The notes: generated by a model not told the origin, from the letters alone. A DNA stretch of 62,203 nt, filler included, from Sanchytrium tribonematis (GCA_018985235.1; 9 parts of 9 records of this genome joined end to end with filler, not necessarily neighbours in it), one strand, 5' to 3'. Numbered from the whole stretch's first letter, positions 1 to 10,613 are shown. Translations and numbers: made by a program.

Positions 1-207
1 GGGTGTGGATGGCCAGCATATTATGAGGGATTACCGGGTGCTATAAAGCGAACAGAGGATAAAAGTATGGGGATGAGTCGAATTGAGATAAAATGTGCGA
101 AATGTGATGGACATTTGGGACATGTTTTCAAGGGAGAAGGCTACAAGACACCTACAGATGAAAGACATTGTGTGAATGGCATTTCATTGACATTTAAAAA
201 GGAATAA
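1..207 (+). CDS. msrB: Methionine-R-sulfoxide reductase B, 5'-truncated
   Basis: Manual frame-1 translation GCGWPAY...RIEIKCAKCDGHLGHVFKGEG...RHCVN shows MsrB signature motifs; not in the ORF track. Confidence 0.95.
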   Translation, partial: GCGWPAYYEGLPGAIKRTEDKSMGMSRIEIKCAKCDGHLGHVFKGEGYKTPTDERHCVNGISLTFKKE

Positions 208-227
208 ATTATGAAAAATGACAAATT

Positions 228-518
228 TTATTTTACATATTTAAAGAGAACAAGCACTAAAATCAAGATGGATTGAGTAGCAATTAACCAAATTTTCATT
301 CTTGACGGTTCTGCAGCCAATCTTTTTTCTATTTCTGCAAATTTCTTTTCACTTTCTGCAAATCTTTTTTCACTTTCTGCAAATTTCTCTTCATATAATT
401 TTTCAAGCACTTCAGAAAGTCTACCTTCTAATTGTTGAGCCCTCAATTTGTCTAATTGTGGAATCTCATCCATGATTAAGTTGTGTGACACTATCAGGTC
501 AGTATTTAAATAAATCAT
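228..518 (-). CDS. Small coiled-coil protein with heptad repeats and C-terminal TM (CCDC90/DUF1640-like architecture)
   Basis: EEKFAES-EKRFAES-EKKFAEI repeats encoded by 21-nt tandem repeats; hydrophobic C-terminus. Confidence 0.6.
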   Translation of the reverse strand: MIYLNTDLIVSHNLIMDEIPQLDKLRAQQLEGRLSEVLEKLYEEKFAESEKRFAESEKKFAEIEKRLAAEPSRMKIWLIATQSILILVLVLFKYVK

Positions 519-559
519 GATGGTCTAAATTAAAAAAATGCCAATTAAATTTGAGACGT

Positions 560-1075
560 TTATTTATTTTTCATTATTTCAATCTTTTCTTTAATAAATG
601 TGATATTATCTGCTTGTTGTTGTTCATTTTCACTCTGTAATTCCACCACATTATCAAATAATTCCATGGCTTCGTCCAAAATCACCTGCATGATTTCCGC
701 ACTAATATTCTCAGAAATCTTCAAATCTGAATAATTTCTATCTTTCATTCTACTATGTAATATCCCATTATTGCATCTCAATACAATTACCAAATCAAAA
801 TAATCTCGTGGAAATAAATCAATGACGTGTGAATCTACCAAACAATTGCCATTTTGCAATTTCTCATGCATAAAATCCAATAATTTATCATCATTAATAT
901 AATATGCATCATATAATTCATCATATCCATCATGTAATTCATATTCCTTTACTAAATCACTCACATTTAAACAATTAAAATTGCAATGTTTTGCCAACAA
1001 CTTTGAAAAGGATGTTTTACCAACAGCGGGTGTTCCAGTGACTAGAATATTCAATTTGGATTTCATTTGAGTCAT
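560..1075 (-). CDS. FAP7: Adenylate kinase 6 / Fap7
   Basis: NILVTGTPAVGKT P-loop, VDSH, FDLVIVLRC, KISENISAEIMQV. Confidence 0.93.
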   Translation of the reverse strand: MTQMKSKLNILVTGTPAVGKTSFSKLLAKHCNFNCLNVSDLVKEYELHDGYDELYDAYYINDDKLLDFMHEKLQNGNCLVDSHVIDLFPRDYFDLVIVLRCNNGILHSRMKDRNYSDLKISENISAEIMQVILDEAMELFDNVVELQSENEQQQADNITFIKEKIEIMKNK

Positions 1076-1322
1076 TTGATGGATTGTGAATTGACCCGTT
1101 GTTTGTGTGTACGAATTTGCGAATCATAGAGATGAAAAATATCCCCTTTCAATTTGTGCTACCAATCGAGACTGGAGAATGTCGTCATACTATTGGCTAT
1201 AAAAATAAAATATTTGGCGATTCTCCGGGCACATCCAGCAACTATATTTCTTCACCAATTATGAAAAAACCTGTGTCCAGTTTTGCATTCGAAACTTTTG
1301 GTCCACATTTTTGTAAATTTCT

Positions 1323-2237
1323 TTAAACTGTTTCTTTATTAATCAAAGTCATACTCTGTCTACTCGTACTATTATGCAAACTATTTCTCCAATGTGATTG
1401 ATTAGTAGAATTTAATGTATTTCCAGAATGAGTCTGTCTTGCACGTAACGCATCCACGCCTTTTCCGAGAAACAATTTAGGTGCCATTTTAAATAAAATA
1501 TTCAATACACAATCAGGTACATCAGCATACAACAAGAATTCCACAATAAAAGTGAAAAATGACCCCAAACTTTGCAAAACTAAAGAATTGCAATCCCCTA
1601 CTTGATAAAATGCACTAGCAATATAAAATGCTCTACTGGCTATACATGGCAATATCATAACAATCCCAATCCATAACACACATCTCCAAATCTTTGGATT
1701 TACGTCTATCATTTCACTTTTCTTGACATGTTCATAAAATGGAATGGCAAAGAAGATGAAAGATGAAAACATGCCTAATAATCCACACAACACCATTAAA
1801 ATCAACGGATAATAATAGTCAGTGGATACAAGGGGATTAACCAGGTAATAAATGGCAAATATCCATGTGGATAATAAAAATGCGACTTGAAAGAAAATGT
1901 ACAAATAAACCAGAATGTTGCTTGGTGATTTAGTGTACAGCTTTCTACCAATATTACAGAATGCGTAGCCATATAGCGTTGGAAATGGGACCATGACACA
2001 CATTCCAAAACTAAAAACAGCTGAGAATGAAATGGTGTCTAATTCAATCAAATTAGATCTTAGTAGTGGTGAAATAGCATTTAGAAATCCAAATACACGC
2101 ACAGCATTTGCGAATACCACTGGAATATCGTATTTGCGAGTACGGTGTAAAATGATGGATGACCAGATCACAAGGAAAGTGGAGATGCACAAGGTGTAAA
2201 TGGCACCAATTTGAGATGGACTGCACTGCAGATACAT
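1323..2237 (-). CDS. Multi-pass (~7 TM) membrane protein
   Basis: About seven hydrophobic segments and a polar Ser/Thr-rich C-terminal tail. Confidence 0.7.
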   Translation of the reverse strand: MYLQCSPSQIGAIYTLCISTFLVIWSSIILHRTRKYDIPVVFANAVRVFGFLNAISPLLRSNLIELDTISFSAVFSFGMCVMVPFPTLYGYAFCNIGRKLYTKSPSNILVYLYIFFQVAFLLSTWIFAIYYLVNPLVSTDYYYPLILMVLCGLLGMFSSFIFFAIPFYEHVKKSEMIDVNPKIWRCVLWIGIVMILPCIASRAFYIASAFYQVGDCNSLVLQSLGSFFTFIVEFLLYADVPDCVLNILFKMAPKLFLGKGVDALRARQTHSGNTLNSTNQSHWRNSLHNSTSRQSMTLINKETV

Positions 2238-2314
2238 GAAGATTCACGGAGAGTATCCACTCGCCTCCGTTTGAAAGCACGTGGCTCAGTTAGATTCGCT
2301 AAAATTTTATTTTT

Positions 2315-2695
2315 TTATTGGGTCGTATCACAAGATACATTGACAAATGAGCTAATATTGCTATTTGACAAGTCTACTTCAATGTGGAATGGATCAATTG
2401 ACTTGCTAGTTTCATTGAATGGGATTGTCGTTGTTTTTGCCTCTCTTTCAATAAAATGAGTTTCATTCAAGCCATGCTCGTCTAATTTGAAAGTCATGTT
2501 GCCAAATGCTTCTAATGGATCTTTAAAGATGGCTTGGGACGTATTGGTGACTGTATATCCCTCAAAAATCTGACTATAAGAGGATGCCTCTACAAACGAG
2601 TATGTTGTATTTTTAGAGGCACTTGCCCCAATGACTAAATTGCACTGCAACTCAATGGTAGATACCGATGCACTTGCCAATACAGTAAGAATCAT
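2315..2695 (-). CDS. Small putative secreted protein
   Basis: Short hydrophobic N-terminus; 126-aa ORF with several N-glycosylation sequons. Confidence 0.55.
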   Translation of the reverse strand: MILTVLASASVSTIELQCNLVIGASASKNTTYSFVEASSYSQIFEGYTVTNTSQAIFKDPLEAFGNMTFKLDEHGLNETHFIEREAKTTTIPFNETSKSIDPFHIEVDLSNSNISSFVNVSCDTTQ

Positions 2696-2775
2696 ACAAT
2701 TGGGGTACCGAGTTGCATTTAAAATTCACGTGTGTCTCACAATGTTACACAAGGAGTTTTCTCGAACATTTGCAC

Positions 2776-3162
2776 ATGTGGTATTGGTACGGCGCAATTG
2801 TTCTCTTCTTTGCTATCAAATTATACATGGATTACTCTGAAAAACCAATTAAACTAGAACCTAAGAAACCAGTAGATCCCAAGCCATTTACCCTCAAAGA
2901 ATTATCAAATTACACTTCTAATCCCATTTATATCGCCATTAAAGGCAAAGTATATGATGTGACTAGTGGCAAGTCATTTTATGGGGTTGATGGACCCTAT
3001 GGTGGATTAGCTGGCAGAGATGCCACATTTGCATTGGCTAAAATGAAAACAGACCCAGATGAATGTGATACTACATTAAATGATAAAGAAATGCAGGTAT
3101 TACAAGATTGGATCCTCAAATTTGATTCCAAATATCCTGTAGTTGGATTTATTAAAGAATAA
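2776..3162 (+). CDS. Membrane-associated progesterone receptor family (cytochrome b5-like heme/steroid-binding, Dap1/PGRMC-like)
   Basis: N-terminal TM, FTLKELSNY, IYIAIKGKVYDVT, FYG..GPY..LAGRDAT, KYPVVG; ATG at 2776 chosen as start. Confidence 0.92.
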   Translation: MWYWYGAIVLFFAIKLYMDYSEKPIKLEPKKPVDPKPFTLKELSNYTSNPIYIAIKGKVYDVTSGKSFYGVDGPYGGLAGRDATFALAKMKTDPDECDTTLNDKEMQVLQDWILKFDSKYPVVGFIKE

Positions 3163-3506
3163 ATAAAATTTGAAACCAGTTTAAAATGAATAGAGCAGCT
3201 CATTTATTTGAACAAATGTTGGAATCTTTACATGACAAGGTTAAATTTAATATCCATGAGCTAAATGAGAGTTCATTTGATGAATTAAGAGAATGGATTG
3301 AGCAATAAATGAAGATTTAAAATATTGTTGATTTTCTTCATATTCCTCCCCAGATTTATTCAAGATTGAAATGCACATAGTCAGTTGAGATTATTAATGT
3401 ATCATGACAAATCCGTTACACCGTGCACAAGACGCTTTGTACCCAATCAAAGTTCCTGCTATTTTATTAAATCAGATTAAAATGCAGAGATCTCTCTTTC
3501 TCCAAA

Positions 3507-3902
3507 ATGATCTTTTCAATTACTTTATTCGCATCTCAAGCCTCGCCAAAAGATAGATGTCATGATCTTTATCTCAAATTCGGTTGTGAACAGACAAAAG
3601 ACGCAAATTGTGAAACTGATGCGAAAGACTACTGCAACAAAACCACACCAAAATTGCCAGATGATTGCAAAGGAAATTGCCATGTATTGGAAGGTTTAGC
3701 ATACTATGTTTGCATTGAAAATCATAAATTCCAGTACAAATCAAATTTACCAATTTGCAAATCCAAATCAAACGAATCAGAATGTGACACATTAGGCGAA
3801 ATAAAAGCAAGGTTTTATTGTAGACCATTATTTGGTAAATCTAATAGCTACAATCAATGTAGTGGTAATACATGTTTTGCCAAATCCTATCCAAATCAAT
3901 AA
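3507..3902 (+). CDS. Small secreted cysteine-rich protein
   Basis: Short signal-like N-terminus, 12 Cys in 131 aa. Confidence 0.75.
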   Translation: MIFSITLFASQASPKDRCHDLYLKFGCEQTKDANCETDAKDYCNKTTPKLPDDCKGNCHVLEGLAYYVCIENHKFQYKSNLPICKSKSNESECDTLGEIKARFYCRPLFGKSNSYNQCSGNTCFAKSYPNQ

Positions 3903-3913
3903 ATCCAAATTTA

Positions 3914-4578
3914 TTAAAATAATGTCCCATTCTTTTTCAAATTTCCCAATAGCATTTTTGCAATCGTTTCAGCCATTTGACAACTCTTTAATTTACACAC
4001 AGCACCCATTAATTGAATATCTTCACCTTGCTCATAACAATGTGCACCTAAATAGGTTAATTGTGCAATTTGTAGATATTCTGAGAATAAATCAGCCATT
4101 TGGAATTGCATGCCTTGGAAATCACTGATTTTGGTGTTAAATTGGGATCTATCGAGTGTATATTGCATGGAATGTTGTAAAGCACCATAACCAATGCCAA
4201 TCATTTGAGCCGCAATGCCGATTCTGCCTGCATTCAATGTTTGGATGGCATATTTGTAACCATCTCCTTCTTTACCAATTAATTGATGAGATGGGATTTT
4301 AATATCATCAAATGCGAGTACAGCTGTGCTAGATGCTCTAATTCCTAATTTATCTTCTTTTTTCAAAACTTGGATGCCTTGATTTTTATGGACTGCAAAA
4401 CAAGAAATGCCTTTATAGCCTTTGGATGGGTCTTGGTTAGCGAATACTAAGAATATATCTGCTTCTGATCCATTGGTAATCCAGCATTTGGTGCCATTTA
4501 AAATGTAATAATCTTTGTGTTTTTTGGCTGTTGATTTTAATGAAAATGCATCACTGCCACTGGATGGCTCACTTAAAC
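3914..4578 (-). CDS. Short/branched-chain acyl-CoA dehydrogenase, 5' cut by contig end, with apparent internal deletion near the C-terminus
   Basis: LSEPSSGSDAF, LNGTKCWITNG, KEDKLGIRASST, GRIGIAAQMIG, RSQF; frame open from the contig edge. Confidence 0.9.
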
Positions 4579-4678
4579 NNNNNNNNNNNNNNNNNNNNNN
4601 NNNNNNNNNNNNNNNNNNNNNNTTAATTAATTAANNNNNNNNNNNNNNNNNNNNNNNNNNNNNNNNNNNNNNNNNNNN
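4579..4678. other. Artificial contig linker (N44-TTAATTAATTAA-N44); same linker at 9257-9356, 13935-14034, 18604-18703, 23253-23352, 27897-27996, 52937-53036, 57574-57673
   Basis: Identical 100-nt spacer with six-frame stops, eight copies. Confidence 0.99.
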
Positions 4679-4791
4679 AGCATGTCTAATGAATATGATT
4701 TCTTTGGGATACATGGAATAAGATGGAAGTAATTGGAAAATCAACATGATTCTTTGAAATGTTGCAAGGAGGGCTCCTGAAACAGATCATT

Positions 4792-5568
4792 TTAAATCAA
4801 TTTATTAAGTATTTGAATGAGAGTCAAGAGTGGCATCTTTAATTTCTCATCATTAAAATGCTGTCTAATAGGTAATGCAACATGTAAATGTAAATGTTTA
4901 ATAGTGGCATGTGGATAAATATGAAAATACATATTATCACTCAATAACAACTCATCTACTGACATTTTCAGAAACATCTTTTTATCCTTTTCAAATTCAT
5001 TTTCCCAGTTATCAATTAATGCATCTTTAGATTGATCAATTTGTGCTTTCAACAAATCCAAAATCAATTCCTTTTCATTTTCAATCGTATCTTGTAATCC
5101 TTGATGCATCTCGATTAACAACTGATTATTTTGTAAATCCACACAATTAAAGATTCTATGTTTTGGAATCAAAAACATGACAGCAAATGATTTCACTGGA
5201 TTAAATTGATAATAAGCGTGTCTATGATGCAATACAATCATAAATGACTCTGTTGGTTCATTTCTAATGATCTGATGTTGATAATGAGATGGTGATTCTA
5301 CCATTTTAGTAAATATTGGCAAATTCATTACTTCATGATTTTTAAATTGTTTGACCCAATATTGCATTTCATTATCATTATAATAGGCAATTTTGTGTTT
5401 AACATATTCAGTAACCACATGACAGTAATTGTGACATCTATCTCGGACAATGCATTGATGATTCCATTCATTGATTGCAAATTCATTGGCGAATCGGTGT
5501 TCTTTGGCCATTGTGTTTAATACATTTAAAGTATTAGGAAGTGGCAGACACATCTGTGGAATAATCAT
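4792..5568 (-). CDS. HIT-superfamily protein (DcpS-C/HINT3-like C-terminus)
   Basis: FLIPKHRI motif and C-terminal FHIYPHATIKHLHLHV histidine triad; start uncertain. Confidence 0.7.
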   Translation of the reverse strand: MIIPQMCLPLPNTLNVLNTMAKEHRFANEFAINEWNHQCIVRDRCHNYCHVVTEYVKHKIAYYNDNEMQYWVKQFKNHEVMNLPIFTKMVESPSHYQHQIIRNEPTESFMIVLHHRHAYYQFNPVKSFAVMFLIPKHRIFNCVDLQNNQLLIEMHQGLQDTIENEKELILDLLKAQIDQSKDALIDNWENEFEKDKKMFLKMSVDELLLSDNMYFHIYPHATIKHLHLHVALPIRQHFNDEKLKMPLLTLIQILNKLI

Positions 5569-5801
5569 CAAGGAGAAATCATCAATTCACGATGTAGAAT
5601 ATCTCCAGTCAGGGAAATGCTCAGGATTATTTGAAACGATCATTATAATAATAATCAAAATGACACAAACTAGCAAAGAGATGCTGCTTGTGGCAAATAA
5701 AACACAAGTAGCTCAAGTGTGTTAGCAAACGTGCATAACCCAAACACCATCAATCATTCAGAATTCGACCGTTTTACGAGTACAAAGAAAAAGCATACAA
5801 A

Positions 5802-6542
5802 TTGGGTTTTTTCGATCCAAACCAGAGATTCAAGGATTTCAACCTCGAATTCGATGAATCTGGTAACTTTTGGCACGGAGATGATGATCCTATAATGGAA
5901 GTTCATGATGGGATTGATTGTCGTATTCAACAAGACATCAAAGTAAAAATGAGTTGTTGGAAGGCTGTAGAAGGTGTTAGACTTTTTAGTTCTATGGATG
6001 TTCGATCTAATCAGGGATCTATGACATTTACTGATGTAAATGAGTACACGATTTTGACTGAAATGGCATTAAAATGTAAAAAGAAGAATTGTGAGTTCCA
6101 AATTTCAAATCAAGGTCAAGTCACCAAAAATGTTGTTAAGTATGGCAAATTGACACCATTGCAACCATTTGAGATTATTCATGGTGATTTGTATTGCAGA
6201 CAATCTAGAGATGGCGACAATCAATACACGCCGCTGTCAAAATTGATCCTAATTGTAGACAATGGTAAGAAATCAAATCAATATGAATTGAGAGATGAGA
6301 CTAGAGTGACCATTGATGGTGTGACCATATTTATTGCAAATAGCAAGTTAAAATTCGAATTTAAAGGAGAGATTAAAGAAATGGAATTGTTAGAGGTTGA
6401 TGGTGATCAGTCTGATAAATCATTGAAATTAAATAATCCAGTGAAATTGAGTATTAAGCACAAATGGATCAGATCCAAATCATTTGTTATTAGTGATCTG
6501 TCTGCCTTAAATAGTCAAGAAATGACTGAAATTGAATTTTAA
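5802..6542 (+). CDS. Hypothetical beta-rich protein
   Basis: 246-codon open frame, no family recognised, start uncertain. Confidence 0.55.
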   Translation: MGFFDPNQRFKDFNLEFDESGNFWHGDDDPIMEVHDGIDCRIQQDIKVKMSCWKAVEGVRLFSSMDVRSNQGSMTFTDVNEYTILTEMALKCKKKNCEFQISNQGQVTKNVVKYGKLTPLQPFEIIHGDLYCRQSRDGDNQYTPLSKLILIVDNGKKSNQYELRDETRVTIDGVTIFIANSKLKFEFKGEIKEMELLEVDGDQSDKSLKLNNPVKLSIKHKWIRSKSFVISDLSALNSQEMTEIEF

Positions 6543-6571
6543 AAATCAATAAATCAATTCATCAATTTCAT

Positions 6572-7936
6572 TTATTTCTTTTTCAAGTTCTCTTTGACTT
6601 GTTTGACGCGATCTTTACAATCTGCTTCACTAATTCCAATTTCTTTACTGATTTTCTCCCATCGTTTTACATCAGATTTATCAGCATATTTCTTCATGGC
6701 ATTTTCTAATGATTTCTGTTGTTCAGTGGTCCATGTCATTTGTCTGTCATAATTGACGGTGGCTTCTGATTGATCACCAGATTTCTCAACTTTAGTCTGC
6801 ATCTCTTTTAATGATTGTAAATTACCATTTTTAATGGCTTTCATTTGTTCAATCACTTGTGCTTTGGTTCTTAAATGGTCTGTTTTACACTGTTTTTGGA
6901 CATGATCTGCAATTCTTTCAAATCTTTCACGGGTGCCACCAGGGATCTTTTTAGTACCATCTAATAATGCTGCTAATTCTGCAGATGTCCATGGTTCATC
7001 AGTAGATGGAGCAGAAGTGGGTCGAGATGTTTTGGGGGTCGATTTGTTTGAATTGGGCGTATTTGGCAATTTACCCCCATTTCGTTTCATGATCAACTCT
7101 AATTTTTTTTGCTTTAATTCATCTTTCTTGCGTTGCTTTTCTGCCATTTCTGATTCCTGTAATTTGACACATCTAGGATCTAATTTCATGGCTAATTGGA
7201 TCATATTAGAAGTTTCTACTGCAAATTCTCTTCTTTTTAATTCCCATGCTTTTGCCAATTCTTTTTGACGGTGTCGTCTTTCATCTCTACCACCACTAGT
7301 TGATTTTAATTCCATCAATGAATCTAAATCAAATGTTCTCCATGATTTGTATTTTAACCACTGATTATAAAACAAATTCACTTTTTCATCTTTAATTTCA
7401 CTAAAAAGTGGCATTTTCTTTTCTCCATAATGGGATAGATCATTGAAATATTGTTCAAATACCTTGTAGAACTTGGATTCATTCAATACATCCCCATCCA
7501 TGTATTCTTGAGGAATTGGCAAATGAATTGGATTCTTTAAATCCATAGAATCATACGATTTACGCGCTTTTGGATCTGTTAAAATATCATATGCCAATTG
7601 GATACCCTTAAACATCTCATCTTTAACTCCCAAATGTCCACATTTATCAGGATGGTACTTTAAAATCATTGATTTATATTTTACCAACATCTCATCTTTA
7701 TTGGTTTTGGATCGATCTGGACAGTCAATTAATGCATATAAATCAACTGTAGACAATGGTTCACCATGTTCAATCTTCATAGCTTGCTCAATCAAGTATT
7801 TGGCTTCATTGTCAAATTTATCGATTTTAGTTTCATATTTGGTGATTTCTTGATAATATTCATCATCGAATTCCTTGATGGTTTTATGCAAGTCAGTTGG
7901 GTCGAGATAGTAAAATGTAATCGGATTTAGAATCAT
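6572..7936 (-). CDS. ZUO1: Zuotin/DNAJC2 (MPP11-type) ribosome-associated J protein with two SANT domains
   Basis: J domain HPD, SWRTF, DPR, two C-terminal WT..E SANT repeats. Confidence 0.9.
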   Translation of the reverse strand: MILNPITFYYLDPTDLHKTIKEFDDEYYQEITKYETKIDKFDNEAKYLIEQAMKIEHGEPLSTVDLYALIDCPDRSKTNKDEMLVKYKSMILKYHPDKCGHLGVKDEMFKGIQLAYDILTDPKARKSYDSMDLKNPIHLPIPQEYMDGDVLNESKFYKVFEQYFNDLSHYGEKKMPLFSEIKDEKVNLFYNQWLKYKSWRTFDLDSLMELKSTSGGRDERRHRQKELAKAWELKRREFAVETSNMIQLAMKLDPRCVKLQESEMAEKQRKKDELKQKKLELIMKRNGGKLPNTPNSNKSTPKTSRPTSAPSTDEPWTSAELAALLDGTKKIPGGTRERFERIADHVQKQCKTDHLRTKAQVIEQMKAIKNGNLQSLKEMQTKVEKSGDQSEATVNYDRQMTWTTEQQKSLENAMKKYADKSDVKRWEKISKEIGISEADCKDRVKQVKENLKKK

Positions 7937-8142
7937 AGCTCCTTGTTAGATCCGTGTTTGATTCGCAATAGATTTTCACATGTATTTTTTGAAACAATGA
8001 AATTTATACAATTATGGAGCGATTATTGGTTATTGATATACGGACAGTACTGTTGATCTCCTAAACAATTTTACTTCTTTGTACGACGGGGAGTCAAGGG
8101 ACTGATCACAAATATTTTGATCAACCTTCCCCCCAATTTGCC

Positions 8143-9072
8143 ATGTTGCTTTCTATCATCTATGCCACATCAACCATTGTATTTATCCCGGATCTTCCTT
8201 TTAGATTTTTTCAATTTCATCCATCTCGTTATCGTTTGATTACAGAAAATGTCAAAGACAATTCTGTCACTTATTTATATCAGGACATCAATAAACCATC
8301 TAGTGCCATTAAAGTTGTATGTGGCAATATATACAGAAGTAACATTTACAAAAGCGTCAAAACAGAAGTTTATTTTTTAGAGACTTTGAGCCATAAAAAT
8401 ATTATAAATGGCAACTATTTAGGACAGAGTCAAACACAAGAATCAATTTGCCTGTATATGGAAATACAGTATTTAGAATATGACATGTTTGATTATATTG
8501 TCTATCGTTATCAAGTGACTGAATCTAATTTTGTCATTTTGGCCAAATTGTTTGAACTTCTTATTAAAGAATTGAGCAGTGATATTCTAAGTGCATTGGC
8601 TTATTTACATCAAAATCATATTGCACATTTGGATGTTAAATCTGAGAATATCATGTATTCTAAAGGTACTTACTACTTAATAGATTTTGATTTGGCAATT
8701 GAAACCACTGGACCAAATGATGTTTATGACAGAGTTGTGGGTACGCGTAGATACTATTCACCAGAATTGTTGATTGAAAATTACTCAATGCAGAATTTTG
8801 ATGAATTTATAACATATTGCAAAGCCTATAATCCATTTGCGAGTGACATGTTTTCATTTGGTGCATTTATAGCTGCATTTATATTTGCATTATTTACTAA
8901 TGTAAAATATGACTTTAATGCGGATCAGCAAATACAGTGCGGACATCCATTTTTTAACCAGGCACATCCACCATTTACAAAAGATTTTATGGATTTTATT
9001 GCCAAATTGATTAAATGTGATCCAAATGAAAGAATGACTGCACAAAAAGCATTAAAGCATTCATTTCTATAA
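8143..9072 (+). CDS. Atypical Ser/Thr protein kinase with hydrophobic N-terminus
   Basis: HLDVKSEN, LIDFD, GTRRYYSPE, DPNERMTA; no Gly-rich loop. Confidence 0.85.
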   Translation: MLLSIIYATSTIVFIPDLPFRFFQFHPSRYRLITENVKDNSVTYLYQDINKPSSAIKVVCGNIYRSNIYKSVKTEVYFLETLSHKNIINGNYLGQSQTQESICLYMEIQYLEYDMFDYIVYRYQVTESNFVILAKLFELLIKELSSDILSALAYLHQNHIAHLDVKSENIMYSKGTYYLIDFDLAIETTGPNDVYDRVVGTRRYYSPELLIENYSMQNFDEFITYCKAYNPFASDMFSFGAFIAAFIFALFTNVKYDFNADQQIQCGHPFFNQAHPPFTKDFMDFIAKLIKCDPNERMTAQKALKHSFL

Positions 9073-9356
9073 TAAATAGGGTAATTTACTGTAATGTAAA
9101 GCTGCGACTATGTACAACAAGGAGTCGACGGAGAAAACACAAATCAAATCAAAAGTCATTTCCCCTTCATGCTGATTTTGAACATCTTCGCCACACTACA
9201 ATCACGTCTCCCAATGTATTCTGCTCTATTTAACAAACCATTTCAATTTGATGATCNNNNNNNNNNNNNNNNNNNNNNNNNNNNNNNNNNNNNNNNNNNN
9301 TTAATTAATTAANNNNNNNNNNNNNNNNNNNNNNNNNNNNNNNNNNNNNNNNNNNN

Positions 9357-10010
9357 TATTTACGATTATTGACGGATATTATTATATTTATATAATATAG
9401 CAGGGTATTATTATATCCTAATATAATAGAAGGTTATTGACGGATATTATTATTATTATTATTATATTCTAGCTATTTATACGGTTATTTATATGATATT
9501 TGATATTGATATTGATATTGATATTGATATTGATATTGACGGATATTATTATTATATTATTATATTATTATATTATTATATTATTGACGGATATTATTAT
9601 ATTTATATAATATAATATAATAGAAGGTTATTGACGGATATTATTATACTTTATAATTATAATTAACACGTTAGTGCTTGTACTTAATTATAATTATATT
9701 CTCTATTCTATTATTGACTGATATATTATTATTATTATAATTATATATCAATAAGAGAGAGATATATTATTTAATATATTGAAGGATATTCTTATTATAT
9801 TAATATTTACGAATATTGACTGATATTATTATATTTATATAATATAATAGAAGGTTATATAATATAATATAATAATATATAATAGATGGTTATATAATAG
9901 ATGGTTATATAATAGATGGTTATAATATAATATAATATAATATAATAGATGGTTATAATTATAATTAACAAGAACTTGTGCTTGTATTTAATTATAATTA
10001 TATATAAAGA
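9357..10010. repeat. Mitochondrial AT-rich non-coding region with iterated TTGAC(G/T)GATATTATT motifs, (GATATT)n array and two hairpins
   Basis: About seven motif copies in 9367-9830; TATAATTATAATTAA..TTAATTATAATTATA inverted repeats near 9652 and 9954. Confidence 0.85.
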
Positions 10011-10034
10011 GAAGAATAAATAGAGAGTAGATGG

Positions 10035-10105
10035 AGGAATATAATTTAATGGTAAAATATGGTACTTCAAATACCAATTTAGCAGTTCAAATCTGCTTGT
10101 TCCTG
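10035..10105 (+). tRNA. trnW: mt tRNA-Trp (UCA)
   Basis: AGGAATA/TGTTCCT acceptor; TGGTA-CT-TCA-AA-TACCA anticodon arm; AGCAG-TTCAAAT-CTGCT T arm. Confidence 0.93.
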
Positions 10106-10320
10106 ACAAGAAGAATTATAATTATATTTATAGAATTATAATTATATTTATAGAATTATAATTATATGTATAGAATATAGCAGGATATTATTAATTATTA
10201 TAATTATATGTATAGAATATAGCAGTGTATTATTATAATTATATGTATAGAATATAGCAGGGTATTATGAATAAATATAAGAGGAAGAATTATAAGAGGA
10301 AATAAATAAAATAAAGAAAT

Positions 10321-10605
10321 ATGAATGATTGAATGATATATAAATTAGCTTTAATTTTATTTTTTATTGGTTTTATAGGTTATATGATAAATAGAAAAAG
10401 TATATTATTCATGCTATTAGCACTTGAAATTATGCTTTTAGCTGTTGCTTATTTATTTATTTATGAAGCTCTTTCTTTTGACGACCTTTATGGTCTTATT
10501 TATGCCCTCTATGTTCTTGTTTTAGCTGGTGCTGAAGCAGCTGTAGGACTCGGTTTATTAATCTCTTTCTTTAGAAGTAGAGGATCTTTAGAATTCCCTC
10601 TATAA
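10321..10605 (+). CDS. nad4L: NADH dehydrogenase subunit 4L
   Basis: LLALEIMLL, LAGAEAAVGLGLL; start 10321 (via TGA-Trp) or 10333. Confidence 0.95.
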
Positions 10606-10613
10606 TTTATTAC

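Noticed and set aside
4579..4678. Repeated TTAATTAATTAA within N runs, and ORFs ending in X..LIN
   Set aside because: Artificial contig linker, not biological
9357..9850. Spaced repeats resembling a CRISPR array
   Set aside because: Irregular spacing, low-complexity spacers, mitochondrial context, no cas genes
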